A DNA stretch of 43,273 bases from an uncultured Gammaproteobacteria bacterium (GCA_964598275.1 CAZRAZ010000002.1:4018-47290); one strand, 5' to 3'. Shown: positions 16,822-25,644, numbered from the stretch's first letter. Translations and numbers: made by a program. The notes: generated by a model from the letters alone, not told the origin.

Positions 16822-17133
16822 TTACATTTTAACTTCTATCTCGACGCCGGAGGGAAGATCTAGGTGTTGAAGACTGTCAACAATGCGTAAACTGGTATTG
16901 GTAATATCGATTAATCTTTTGTGAATTAGAATCTGAAAATGTTCCCGAGCATCTTTGTCGGTATGAGGGCTGGTTAAAACCGGAATGACTTTTCGGTCAG
17001 TAGGCAGGGGAATGGGGCCCTGAACTTGAGCCCCGGCGGTAACCGCAGCCTCGACAATTTTGACAGCCGCCTCGTCAATGATGCGATGATCAAATGACTT
17101 GAGGCGGATGCGGATGCGGTTACCTTTGGCCAT
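16822..17133 (-). CDS. rpsJ: 30S ribosomal protein S10
   Basis: MAKGNRIRIRLKSFDHRIIDEA...LTSPHTDKDAREHFQILIHKRLIDI. Start at ATG 17131-17133, 4 nt after the tuf stop. Confidence 0.94.
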   Translation of the reverse strand: MAKGNRIRIRLKSFDHRIIDEAAVKIVEAAVTAGAQVQGPIPLPTDRKVIPVLTSPHTDKDAREHFQILIHKRLIDITNTSLRIVDSLQHLDLPSGVEIEVKM

Positions 17134-17137
17134 TTTA

Positions 17138-18313
17138 TTATTTGATGATCTCTGTGATAGCCCCGGCACCGACAGTTAATCCACCCTCACGAAGAGCAAA
17201 TTTTTGTCCGGGCTGAATAGCCACAGGCTTTATTAACTTGATAATAACGGTGGCGTTATCACCAGGCATAATCATCTCAACACCTTCGGGTAAGGTAACA
17301 TCACCGGTAACATCGGTAGTTCTGATAAAGACCTGGGGGCGATAGCCAGAAAAGATAGGAGTGTGTCGACCGCCTTCTTCTTTTTTGAGTAAAAGAATTT
17401 CGGCCTTAAACTCGGTATGAGGAGTAATGGAGCCCGGTTTGGCAAGAACCTGACCTCTTTCAATGTCGGTTTTTTCGATACCGCGAAGTAAAATACCGAC
17501 GTTATCGCCGGCTTGACCCTGATCTAATATCTTGTGAAACATTTCGACGCCGGTAACGACCGATTTTTTAGTCGGGCGAAGACCAACAATTTCAATTTCT
17601 TCGTTGATCTTGACAACGCCCTGTTCGATTCTACCGGTGGCAACGGTACCCCGGCCTTTGATGGAGAAGACGTCTTCGATCGGCATTAAAAACGGTTTGG
17701 TAAGTTCTCTTTTGGGTTCAGGAATACTATTGTCGAGAGCTTCCATCAATTTTTGGATGGATTCGATACCGGCCTCATCGCCGTTAAGAGCTTTTAGGGC
17801 AGAACCTCTGATAATCGGAATGTCGTCACCGGGAAAACCGTATTTTTTTAACAAATCACGAATTTCCGTTTCGACTAAGTCCAAGAATTCCGGATCATCG
17901 ATTAAGTCGACTTTGTTTAAGTAAACAACTAAGGCGGGAACATTAACCTGTTTGGCTAAAAGAACGTGTTCTCGGGTTTGAGGCATGGGTCCGTCGGGGG
18001 CTGAAACTACCAAAATAGCACCGTCCATTTGGGCGGCACCGGTAATCATGTTTTTGACGTAGTCGGCATGACCGGGACAATCGATGTGAGCATAGTGCCT
18101 TTTGTCAGTTTCGTATTCCAAATGGGAAATAGCGATGGTGACAATCTTATTGGCGTCTCTGATGGTACCACCTTTGGCAATGTCAGCATAGGATTTGGGG
18201 TTGCCCTGAACTTTGGCAATAGCGGCGCTTAAAGTGGTCTTGCCATGATCGACGTGACCGATAGTGCCGACATTAACGTGGGGTTTGTTTCTAACAAATT
18301 TGTTGTCTGTCAT
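17138..18313 (-). CDS. tuf: Elongation factor Tu
   Basis: [19 protein letters not shown]...DCPGHADY...NKVD. 391 aa. Confidence 0.97.
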   Translation of the reverse strand: MTDNKFVRNKPHVNVGTIGHVDHGKTTLSAAIAKVQGNPKSYADIAKGGTIRDANKIVTIAISHLEYETDKRHYAHIDCPGHADYVKNMITGAAQMDGAILVVSAPDGPMPQTREHVLLAKQVNVPALVVYLNKVDLIDDPEFLDLVETEIRDLLKKYGFPGDDIPIIRGSALKALNGDEAGIESIQKLMEALDNSIPEPKRELTKPFLMPIEDVFSIKGRGTVATGRIEQGVVKINEEIEIVGLRPTKKSVVTGVEMFHKILDQGQAGDNVGILLRGIEKTDIERGQVLAKPGSITPHTEFKAEILLLKKEEGGRHTPIFSGYRPQVFIRTTDVTGDVTLPEGVEMIMPGDNATVIIKLIKPVAIQPGQKFALREGGLTVGAGAITEIIK

Positions 18314-18368
18314 TTTGTTCCTTTTTTTATATTTTTAAAAAATAATACTTTTGAAATAAAGCTTGTTG

Positions 18369-18397
18369 ATTGTATCAGTAAAAAATGGCCTTTTCAA
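18369..18397 (-). promoter_or_regulatory. Sigma70-like promoter TTGAAA-N17-TACAAT for tuf, in the fusA-tuf spacer
   Basis: The reverse complement of 18392-18397 is TTGAAA and of 18369-18374 is TACAAT, with a 17-nt spacer. Downstream lies AAAGGAACAAA-ATG (partial SD). The -35 overlaps a weak hairpin, GCCTT-GAA-AAGGC (18388-18400), which is followed by ATTTTTT. Confidence 0.45.
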
Positions 18398-18413
18398 GGC
18401 GGAATTTGATAAT

Positions 18414-20528
18414 TTATTTTTTTGAACCTTGGTTATGGTCAGTGGTTAACGATTGGAAGACGGAAGCCGGAACAGGTTCGTAATGAGAAGGCTCCATATA
18501 AAAAGAGCCTCGGCCCTGGGTAAGACTGCGAATAATGGTGGCATAGCCTCTGACGGCTTCGAGAGGAATGGAGGCAAGGATAGTGGAGGATTTACCAAAT
18601 TCCTTGGTGCCACTTATCTGACCCCGACGAGAAGAAAGATCACCGATAACAGTACCTAAAAACTCGGAAGGGGTGTTGACTTCCATTTTCATAATCGGTT
18701 CGAGAATGGTGGGGATAGCGGTAGAAAAGCCGTCTTTGACAGCAATGGCCGCGGCTAACTTAAAGGCATTTTCGGAAGAATCAACTTCGTGGTAACTACC
18801 ATCATAGACGGTGACCTTGATATCGGTGACCGGATAGCCGGCCAAAATACCTTTTTGCAAGGTTTCGATAGTGCCCTTTTCGATGGCGGGGATAAAGTTA
18901 CTGGGAATGGTAGCACCTTTAATGGCATTGACAAATTCAATACCTTCGCCCCGATTCTTGGGTTCGATTCTGATTTTACAGTGACCATATTGACCATGGC
19001 CGCCGGATTGGTGAATATATTTCCCCTCGCCTTCGGAGGCGGTAGTAATAGTTTCGCGATAAGCAACTTGAGGAGTACCGGTTTTGACAGAAACTTCAAA
19101 TTCTCTTTTGAGACGATCAACAATAATCTCGAGATAAAGTTCGCCCATGCCGGCAATAATGGTTTGGCCGGTTTCGCGGTCGTAATTAACTTTAAAGGTG
19201 GGATCTTCGGTGGTTAGTTTGTTTAGGGCTATACCCATTTTTTCCTGGTCGGCGCTAGTTTCCGGTTCGATGGATAAAGAAATGACCGGTTCGGAAAACT
19301 GAATTGGAGTTAAGGAAATCGGGTGAAGTTTGTCGGCCAGAGTGTCGCCGGTGGTGGAGGCTTTTAGACCAATGGCGGCAACAATTTCTCCGGCATAACC
19401 CTCGTCAATACTTTCTCTTTTGTCGGCATGCATTAAAAGCAAACGACCAATTCTTTCACTGTTGTTTCTGGTGACGTTGTAGGCTTCGGAACCCGATTTG
19501 AGAGAACCAGAATAAATACGAATATAGGAAAGAACACCGACGTGGGGATCGGTTTGGACTTTAAAAATAAGTGAAGATAAGAAATCATCCTTATTTTGCT
19601 GACGGGTAATAGTATCCTTACTAACAGGATCGAAACCTTCAACCGGAGGCAAGTCGAGGGGAGAGGGAAGATAATCGACTATAGCATCAAGAACCGGCTG
19701 AATACCCCGATTTCTCCAAGCAGAACCGCAATAAACAGGATAAAGATGACGATTGATAACCGCAAGGCGCAGAGCTTTTTTGAGCTCGGTGACAGATATG
19801 TCTTGCTCATTTAGGAATTTTTCCATTAAAGTGTCATCTTCGGCAGCAATCTTTTCGATCATCTGCTGGCGGGCGGCGGCGGCGACAGCTTGGTATTGAG
19901 GATCAATGTCTTTAACGGAATATTCAATCCCCTGTTCATCTTTGTCCCAAATGATCATTTTTTGGTTCATCAAATCGATGACACCGGCAAATTCGTGTTC
20001 TTTGCCGACGGCCAGGGTCATGGTGATGATGGGCACAGCCAGTTTTTCTTTTATACTGGCCAAAACCATATCAAGATCAGCCCCAACTTTGTCCATTTTG
20101 TTGACAAAAATTAAACGGGGAACGCCGTATTTATCGGCCTGGCGCCAAACTGTTTCGGATTGGGCCTGAACACCGGCATTGCCGTCAAAAACCATAATGG
20201 CGCCATCCAGGACCCGCAAAGAACGTTCGACTTCGGCCGTAAAATCAACGTGGCCGGGGGTATCGATGATATTAAAACGACAATCTTTCCAAAAAGTGGT
20301 GATACAGGCAGATTGAATAGTAATGCCCTTTTCCTTTTCCTGATCCATGGTATCGGTGGTGGTGGTACCGTCATCAATGATACCGATTTTGTGTATTTTT
20401 CCGGTATAGAATAAGATCCGCTCGGTGGTGGTGGTTTTGCCGGCGTTAATATGAGCGATGATACCGATGTTTCTGACTTTGTCCATAGTGACATCGCGAT
20501 TTGTTTTTAGTTTGACAACCGAAGGCAT
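18414..20528 (-). CDS. fusA: Elongation factor G
   Basis: RNIGIIAHINAGKTTTTERILFYTG...DTPGHVDF...NKMD. 704 aa. An alternative start at M15 (20486) cannot be excluded. Confidence 0.96.
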   Translation of the reverse strand: MPSVVKLKTNRDVTMDKVRNIGIIAHINAGKTTTTERILFYTGKIHKIGIIDDGTTTTDTMDQEKEKGITIQSACITTFWKDCRFNIIDTPGHVDFTAEVERSLRVLDGAIMVFDGNAGVQAQSETVWRQADKYGVPRLIFVNKMDKVGADLDMVLASIKEKLAVPIITMTLAVGKEHEFAGVIDLMNQKMIIWDKDEQGIEYSVKDIDPQYQAVAAAARQQMIEKIAAEDDTLMEKFLNEQDISVTELKKALRLAVINRHLYPVYCGSAWRNRGIQPVLDAIVDYLPSPLDLPPVEGFDPVSKDTITRQQNKDDFLSSLIFKVQTDPHVGVLSYIRIYSGSLKSGSEAYNVTRNNSERIGRLLLMHADKRESIDEGYAGEIVAAIGLKASTTGDTLADKLHPISLTPIQFSEPVISLSIEPETSADQEKMGIALNKLTTEDPTFKVNYDRETGQTIIAGMGELYLEIIVDRLKREFEVSVKTGTPQVAYRETITTASEGEGKYIHQSGGHGQYGHCKIRIEPKNRGEGIEFVNAIKGATIPSNFIPAIEKGTIETLQKGILAGYPVTDIKVTVYDGSYHEVDSSENAFKLAAAIAVKDGFSTAIPTILEPIMKMEVNTPSEFLGTVIGDLSSRRGQISGTKEFGKSSTILASIPLEAVRGYATIIRSLTQGRGSFYMEPSHYEPVPASVFQSLTTDHNQGSKK

Positions 20529-20548
20529 ATTTATTTATATAAAAAATG

Positions 20549-20577
20549 TGTATATAAAAATAACTGCTGCTTGGCAA
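20549..20577 (-). promoter_or_regulatory. Candidate fusA promoter TTGCCA-N17-TATACA
   Basis: The reverse complement of 20572-20577 is TTGCCA and of 20549-20554 is TATACA, with a 17-nt spacer. An alternative -10, TATAAA (20534-20539), lies 5 nt from the ATG. Confidence 0.35.
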
Positions 20578-20598
20578 CAGTTAAGAACAGATTATAAT
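20571..20598 (+). promoter_or_regulatory. Promoter TTGGCA-N16-TATAAT, with the -10 ending 5 nt before ATG(20604); leaderless
   Basis: TTGGCA at 20571-20576, TATAAT at 20593-20598, then ATCAT, then ATG. No SD is possible. Confidence 0.5.
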
Positions 20599-20603
20599 AT
20601 CAT

Positions 20604-21890
20604 ATGAAGCAAAAAGTAGCCATAGCAGGCGGGGGTTTGACCGGTTTGACCATAGCGTTGAATTTGAGTAAAAAGGGCAAAAAAGTAGCGGTGTTTGAAA
20701 AAGAAAATGAGGTGGGGGGGCTGGCAAGCAGCGTTAAATTTAGCGGAGGAGAAATTGATAAAACTTATCGTCATATTTTTAAAAGCGATAAAGAAATTAT
20801 TGATTTGATAGAAAAGTTGGGATTGGGAAAAGAGTTGGAATGGAAAGACAGTAGCTTGGCCCAGTATTTTGAGGGCAAACTGTTCGCTTTTGGCAAAGCC
20901 GTGGATTTGCTTAAATTTAAACCGCTGAAAATTGCGGATAAATTAAGGTTGGGTTTAATTTATATCTATCTGCAAAAAAGTAATAATTGGCAGAGTCTAA
21001 AAGGCATTGGGGCAGCTGATTGGATGGAAAAGTGGGCGGGAAAAAGAAATTATGAGGTGGTTTGGAAGCCACTTTTGAAAGGAAAATTTCATCAATATTA
21101 CAAACAGGTATCGATGGCCTGGCTGTGGGCCAGGATTAAGCTAAGGGGAAATTCAAAAGAAAAGGGAGGTGAAAAGTTGGGTTATTTAAAGGGCAGTTTT
21201 GGACGATTGATTGAAAAATTAGCGGATAGTATTGTAAAAAACGGTGGTCTGATAAAAATAAATCAAAACGTAGAACAAATCAGAAACAAGGGAGACAAGG
21301 TTGAAATTACGATTGGAGATAAAAAATTAATATTCGACAAGTTGATTGCCTGTATGCCGACAAAAAGTTTTTATGACCTGACAAAAAAAGATAAAAGCTT
21401 ATTGAAGGTTGCTTATTTGGGCTTTGTTAATGTCATTTTTTCTTCTAAACAAAGTTTAAGTAAATATTATTGGCATAATATCAGCGATGAGAAATCCCCT
21501 TTTCTGGCTTTTATTCAACAAACAAATTTGATAGACAAAAAAAACTACAATAACAAACACGTTTATTATATGGGGGCATATTTACCGCAAAATCATAAAT
21601 ATTTAGAAAAAAAGAATGAAAGATTGGTTTATAAAGATTTTTTTGATTATTTGGCCAAAATCTTTCCTAATTTTGACAAAAGTCTGGTGGAGGAAAAAAG
21701 AATATTCAGATTTAAGTGGGCTCAACATATAGCCGATTTAAATTACGACCAGAAAATACCCGAGTACAAAACGGGTTTAAAAAATGTCTATCTGGTAAAT
21801 TTTAGCCAGATATTCCCTTATGACCGGGGAATGAATTACGCCGTAGCAGAGGGTAAAAAAGTAGCTAAGTTAGTTGAAAAGTCTTTTTGA
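20604..21890 (+). CDS. FAD/NAD(P)-binding oxidoreductase (amine-oxidase/protoporphyrinogen-oxidase-like fold)
   Basis: The N-terminal Rossmann dinucleotide motif KVAIAGGGLTGLTIALNLSKKGKKVAVFEKENEVGGLA. 428 aa. The specific function cannot be assigned from sequence alone. Confidence 0.65.
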   Translation: MKQKVAIAGGGLTGLTIALNLSKKGKKVAVFEKENEVGGLASSVKFSGGEIDKTYRHIFKSDKEIIDLIEKLGLGKELEWKDSSLAQYFEGKLFAFGKAVDLLKFKPLKIADKLRLGLIYIYLQKSNNWQSLKGIGAADWMEKWAGKRNYEVVWKPLLKGKFHQYYKQVSMAWLWARIKLRGNSKEKGGEKLGYLKGSFGRLIEKLADSIVKNGGLIKINQNVEQIRNKGDKVEITIGDKKLIFDKLIACMPTKSFYDLTKKDKSLLKVAYLGFVNVIFSSKQSLSKYYWHNISDEKSPFLAFIQQTNLIDKKNYNNKHVYYMGAYLPQNHKYLEKKNERLVYKDFFDYLAKIFPNFDKSLVEEKRIFRFKWAQHIADLNYDQKIPEYKTGLKNVYLVNFSQIFPYDRGMNYAVAEGKKVAKLVEKSF

Positions 21891-21895
21891 GAAAT

Positions 21896-22699
21896 TTATA
21901 TTTTCAATTTCTTGGCTATTGTTTCAAAATCTTCGGCTTTTTTAAAATCAGCTTTTTCGATTGCCTTTTGGTCAATCCGGTTTTCCTGGTCTTTGAATTT
22001 CTTGGCCATGAGGTTGCTGACGGCTAAAAGACTATCGAAGGTGCCGGCGTCGGCCCATAAACTGTCAAAAATATTGACCTGAAGTTCCCCTTTTTGCAGG
22101 TAGAGATTATTAAGAGCGGTAATTTCCAACTCGCCTCTGGCAGAAGGCTTTAGGTTAGCAGCCATATCGATGACTCGGTTATCGTAGGTGTAAAGACCAA
22201 CAACGGCATAGTCGCTTTTGGGCCGGATAGGCTTTTCTTCTATGGAAACGGCCTTCATCTGCTTGTCAAATTCAACGACGCCAAAACGCTGCGGATCGGG
22301 GACTTTTTTGGCAAAAACCATGCCACCTGATTTAAAAGCTTTGATTTCTTTGGAAAAATCCTGATCAAAGATATTGTCGCCCAAAATCATGGTGACGTTG
22401 TCGCTGCCGATGAAATTTTTACCGATAATAAAGGCCTCGGCCAAACCTTTGGGTTCATGTTGAATGGCATAACTGAATTTGGCGCCAAATTGATCACCGG
22501 AACCTAAAAGATTTAAAAAATGACCGGAATAGTCGGGGGCAATAATGATTAAAATGTCGCTGATACCAGCTTTGACCAGGGTTTCGATGGGGTAATAAAT
22601 CATCGGTTTGTCGTAAACAGGGAGAAGTTGTTTACTGGTAATTTTAGTTAAAGGAAAAAGACGGGTGGCACGGCCACCGGCTAGGATTATGCCTTTCAT
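21896..22699 (-). CDS. rfbA: Glucose-1-phosphate thymidylyltransferase
   Basis: [37 protein letters not shown]...GLAEAF. Start at ATG 22697-22699 in an ATGA overlap with the rfbB stop. The ORF-track N-terminal extension lies inside rfbB. Confidence 0.88.
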   Translation of the reverse strand: MKGIILAGGRATRLFPLTKITSKQLLPVYDKPMIYYPIETLVKAGISDILIIIAPDYSGHFLNLLGSGDQFGAKFSYAIQHEPKGLAEAFIIGKNFIGSDNVTMILGDNIFDQDFSKEIKAFKSGGMVFAKKVPDPQRFGVVEFDKQMKAVSIEEKPIRPKSDYAVVGLYTYDNRVIDMAANLKPSARGELEITALNNLYLQKGELQVNIFDSLWADAGTFDSLLAVSNLMAKKFKDQENRIDQKAIEKADFKKAEDFETIAKKLKI

Positions 22700-23703
22700 A
22701 TTTTGGTTTTGTTTAATTTTTGATAAAATTTTTCGGCTTCGCGCTTTGAGTTTTGCCACCAAAGGGAGTGCCCGCGATACCAAGTGATGGTTTTTTGTAG
22801 ACCGGAAACCAAATCTTCCTGCGGGCGCCAACCTAATTTTTTGATTTTATCCCAATTAACGGCATAATTATCATGGGCCGGCCGATCGGCGACATATTCG
22901 ATAGAAGAAGTGTCTTTGTTCATTAATTTTAAAATGGTTTTGACAATTTTGATGTTGGCCACTCCACCTTTCAGTCCGCCGACACAATAAGTCTGACCGA
23001 TTTTACCTTTTTTTAGGACAAGTTCGATGGCACGGCAATGATCGGCAACATAAAGCCAATCGCGTAGGTTAAGGCCACGACCGTAAACAGGAATTTTTTG
23101 ATCAGTTAAAAGGTTGGTGATAAAACGGGGAATCATTTTTTCCGGATTTTGAAAAGGGCCATAATTGTTAGAACAATTAGTAATAGTAACCGGTAAAGAA
23201 AAGGTTTTAGAAAAAGCCCGGACAAAATGATCGGAGGCGGCTTTGGAGGCAGAATAAGGGCTACTGGGATTATAGGCAGTCGATTCGTTGAATTGCTTTT
23301 TGGAAGTTAGAGGAATGGTACCAAAAACTTCATCGGTGGAAACATGGTGAAAACGGGTGATGTTATGTTTTTTGGCGGAATTTAAGAGATAAAAGGTACC
23401 CAAAACGTTGGTTTTGACAAAAAGGGCCGGATCGGCGATAGATCGGTCAACATGGGATTCGGCGGCAAAATGGACTATAAGGTCAGATCGGGAAACTAGT
23501 TTGTCAACCAGTTCTTCATGACAAATATCACCTTTGACAAAATGATAGCGGGAAGAGTTTTTGAGGTGATCTAAATTTTGGGGATTAGCGGCGTAAGTGA
23601 TTTTATCAAGATTGGTAATCTGGTCTTGGGGATGACGGGAAAGCCAGAAAGTGATGAAATTAGAGCCAATAAAACCGAGGCCGCCGGTGACCAGAAGTCG
23701 CAT
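22696..23703 (-). CDS. rfbB: dTDP-glucose 4,6-dehydratase
   Basis: [16 protein letters not shown]...[11 protein letters not shown]...STDEVFG...[15 protein letters not shown] (the SDR YxxxK motif). Confidence 0.9.
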   Translation of the reverse strand: MRLLVTGGLGFIGSNFITFWLSRHPQDQITNLDKITYAANPQNLDHLKNSSRYHFVKGDICHEELVDKLVSRSDLIVHFAAESHVDRSIADPALFVKTNVLGTFYLLNSAKKHNITRFHHVSTDEVFGTIPLTSKKQFNESTAYNPSSPYSASKAASDHFVRAFSKTFSLPVTITNCSNNYGPFQNPEKMIPRFITNLLTDQKIPVYGRGLNLRDWLYVADHCRAIELVLKKGKIGQTYCVGGLKGGVANIKIVKTILKLMNKDTSSIEYVADRPAHDNYAVNWDKIKKLGWRPQEDLVSGLQKTITWYRGHSLWWQNSKREAEKFYQKLNKTKI

Positions 23704-25125
23704 TTATAAGTCGGATGAACTTTTGTCTTCGGTGGTATCGGGGATGGTGGTGGCGACGGCGGTGGGAGTAAGGTTGGAATTTTTAATATCGGTGCCGATG
23801 ATAAAAACAATATCATAAGTATCAGCGTCTGCCTGGCCGGGGTCGTAAGTGGCGGGAAAGACGTCAGCTATCTTGCTTTTGAAATAGGCAGAAATTAAGT
23901 CAGAGTCTGTTTTTTTCAGTTTGACTTGATTAACAGACAGAGACTGACTGCTGTTGCCAAGAGTGATATCGGTAAAACCGAGAGCAAGCAGTTTTTCTTT
24001 GAGATAAGCGGCTTGGCCGTTAATATTGGTAGCATTTAGAACTTGGATTTTTAAGTCTTTTTCGATGTCGGCAATGGTGGGAACAGAGGTGGGAACGACG
24101 GTCGGAGCGGTAGCGGGAGAGGTGGGAAGAGCTTGACCGGGAGCACCAGAATCAGAACGGTTTAAGACAAACCAAATGACAATTGAGGCCAAGGCGGCGG
24201 TAAAAATAAAAACGGCCAGAATTGGCAGGACTTTTTTCTTTTTGGGGGACGAGATAGAAGTAATATCGTCGGCAGAGGTTGAGTTTGAGAGTTGATCTTC
24301 GTTCATACTTTTTATTATATCAGTATTTTGCTTGTTGGGTAAAATAAAACTACCAATGACGGGTAAGGGAAGATTGGTAGGTAAGTTGAGATTTTGAGCA
24401 ATTTGAGAAGAATCGTAGCCGGTTTTTTCTAAGGAAGTGGTGCTAACAAGATCGGGAGAGTCATTATTGGGAGTGAATATTTTTTTGATGGGGGCAGAAA
24501 AATATAATTTTGAATAGTTAATTATTTTTTGAATATCAAGAGAGGTGCCTTTAAGAGTGGCAGTGAGAAAGACCAAATCTCCTTTGGCTAAAATCAAAAG
24601 GAACTGACTTGATGATAAAGGAAAGAGAAAAAAATACTCTTGAGAGTAAAAAGTTTTAACCAAATTAGCAATGGTTTGAGATAAGGGGCTAAAAGTATGG
24701 TTTTTTAAACCCAAAAGAGAGAGATTCTCTAACAAGATTTTTATTTTTTGACGATGATAAATGTGGGCACGGATAACGGTTTTTTGCTGGCCGGGTATAA
24801 GTTCGGAGTCGATAGAGTGATCGTCAATATCAAAGCTGACAAAATCCTTGGCCAGGGCAACAATTTCTTTTTTGTCAATGGAGTTAATTTGGCTGTCGTA
24901 GATGAAAGAGCGAGTAACAATAATCTCATCAGAGAGAAGAAAATGACCTGATTTTATCCTGTTTTTCTTGAGATAGAGCTTTAAGGGTTGGAGATCAGCG
25001 GCGCTTTGTTTTTTCCAGAGATCAACATCAAAAGAAATGGTATTGTTTTCTTTTTTGTGACAATATATTTGAGTCGAGTTTTTTTGTGGCCAGAAAACAA
25101 AACTACTTTTTGAAAAGAAGGACAT
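23704..25125 (-). CDS. Bitopic membrane protein: PilM/FtsA-like cytoplasmic N-domain, TM, Pro/Thr linker, extracytoplasmic LytR_C-type domain
   Basis: TM segment VLPILAVFIFTAALASIVIWFVL (aa ~299-321). The C-terminal LKIQVLNATNINGQAAYLKEKLLALGFTDITLGN...YDIVFIIGTD is a LytR_C-like pattern. An SD (AAGGTGG) lies 12 nt upstream, and the TAA stop abuts the rfbB ATG. Confidence 0.6.
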   Translation of the reverse strand: MSFFSKSSFVFWPQKNSTQIYCHKKENNTISFDVDLWKKQSAADLQPLKLYLKKNRIKSGHFLLSDEIIVTRSFIYDSQINSIDKKEIVALAKDFVSFDIDDHSIDSELIPGQQKTVIRAHIYHRQKIKILLENLSLLGLKNHTFSPLSQTIANLVKTFYSQEYFFLFPLSSSQFLLILAKGDLVFLTATLKGTSLDIQKIINYSKLYFSAPIKKIFTPNNDSPDLVSTTSLEKTGYDSSQIAQNLNLPTNLPLPVIGSFILPNKQNTDIIKSMNEDQLSNSTSADDITSISSPKKKKVLPILAVFIFTAALASIVIWFVLNRSDSGAPGQALPTSPATAPTVVPTSVPTIADIEKDLKIQVLNATNINGQAAYLKEKLLALGFTDITLGNSSQSLSVNQVKLKKTDSDLISAYFKSKIADVFPATYDPGQADADTYDIVFIIGTDIKNSNLTPTAVATTIPDTTEDKSSSDL

Positions 25126-25144
25126 TTATATAGTTTACCACCTT

Positions 25145-25627
25145 TTACCACTTAAGATGGGAAAAGGCTTTGTTGGCTTCAGCCAGTTTTTCGATTTCTA
25201 GCCTCTTGCCAACGGCAGAACCGGAAGAAGCGAGGGCGTCAATTAGTTCGGCTGATAGTTTTTCGGCAAAACTGTGATAAAGCTTATTTTGGCGAAGACG
25301 AGCTGAAGAAACCAGCCAGCGAATCGCCAAAGAATTCTGACGAAGACTACGGGTAGGAGTGGGCACCTGGTAGACAGAACCACCAATACGACGGGGTCTA
25401 ACTTCTATTTTGGGTTTGATATTGTCTAAAGATTGTTCCAATAAGTCAGCTGCTTTGACTTTGGGGTCTTTTTTTTGGAGAAGCTTGAGAGCGTCGTAGA
25501 CCTGCTTTTGAGCAACCTGTCTTTTGCCGTCTTTCATAACATAGTTTATCAACTTGGTGACAGTTAGGCTTTGATGAAGACCGTCCGGGAGAACTTGTCT
25601 GATTTTGCTGGGACCTTTTCTGGACAA
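25145..25627 (-). CDS. rpsG: 30S ribosomal protein S7 (TTG start)
   Basis: (M)SRKGPSKIRQVLPD...VMKDGKRQVAQKQVY...AFSHLKW. The only in-frame start is TTG 25625-25627, preceded by AAAAAA. Confidence 0.93.
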   Translation of the reverse strand: MSRKGPSKIRQVLPDGLHQSLTVTKLINYVMKDGKRQVAQKQVYDALKLLQKKDPKVKAADLLEQSLDNIKPKIEVRPRRIGGSVYQVPTPTRSLRQNSLAIRWLVSSARLRQNKLYHSFAEKLSAELIDALASSGSAVGKRLEIEKLAEANKAFSHLKW

Positions 25628-25644
25628 TTTTTTATATTTAATTA

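Noticed and set aside
18314-18413. tRNA genes near tuf/fusA, as found upstream of tufB in some bacteria
   Set aside because: The spacer is AT-rich, only 100 nt long, and has no cloverleaf-compatible stems or a GTTCRANNC T-loop box. No other gap in the window is long enough for a tRNA.
21874-21907. A 7-bp inverted repeat, TTGAAAA...TTTTCAA, spanning the convergent ends of the oxidoreductase gene and rfbA, as a possible bidirectional terminator
   Set aside because: The stem is all A/T with a 20-nt loop, which is far too weak to call. It lies largely inside the coding ends.
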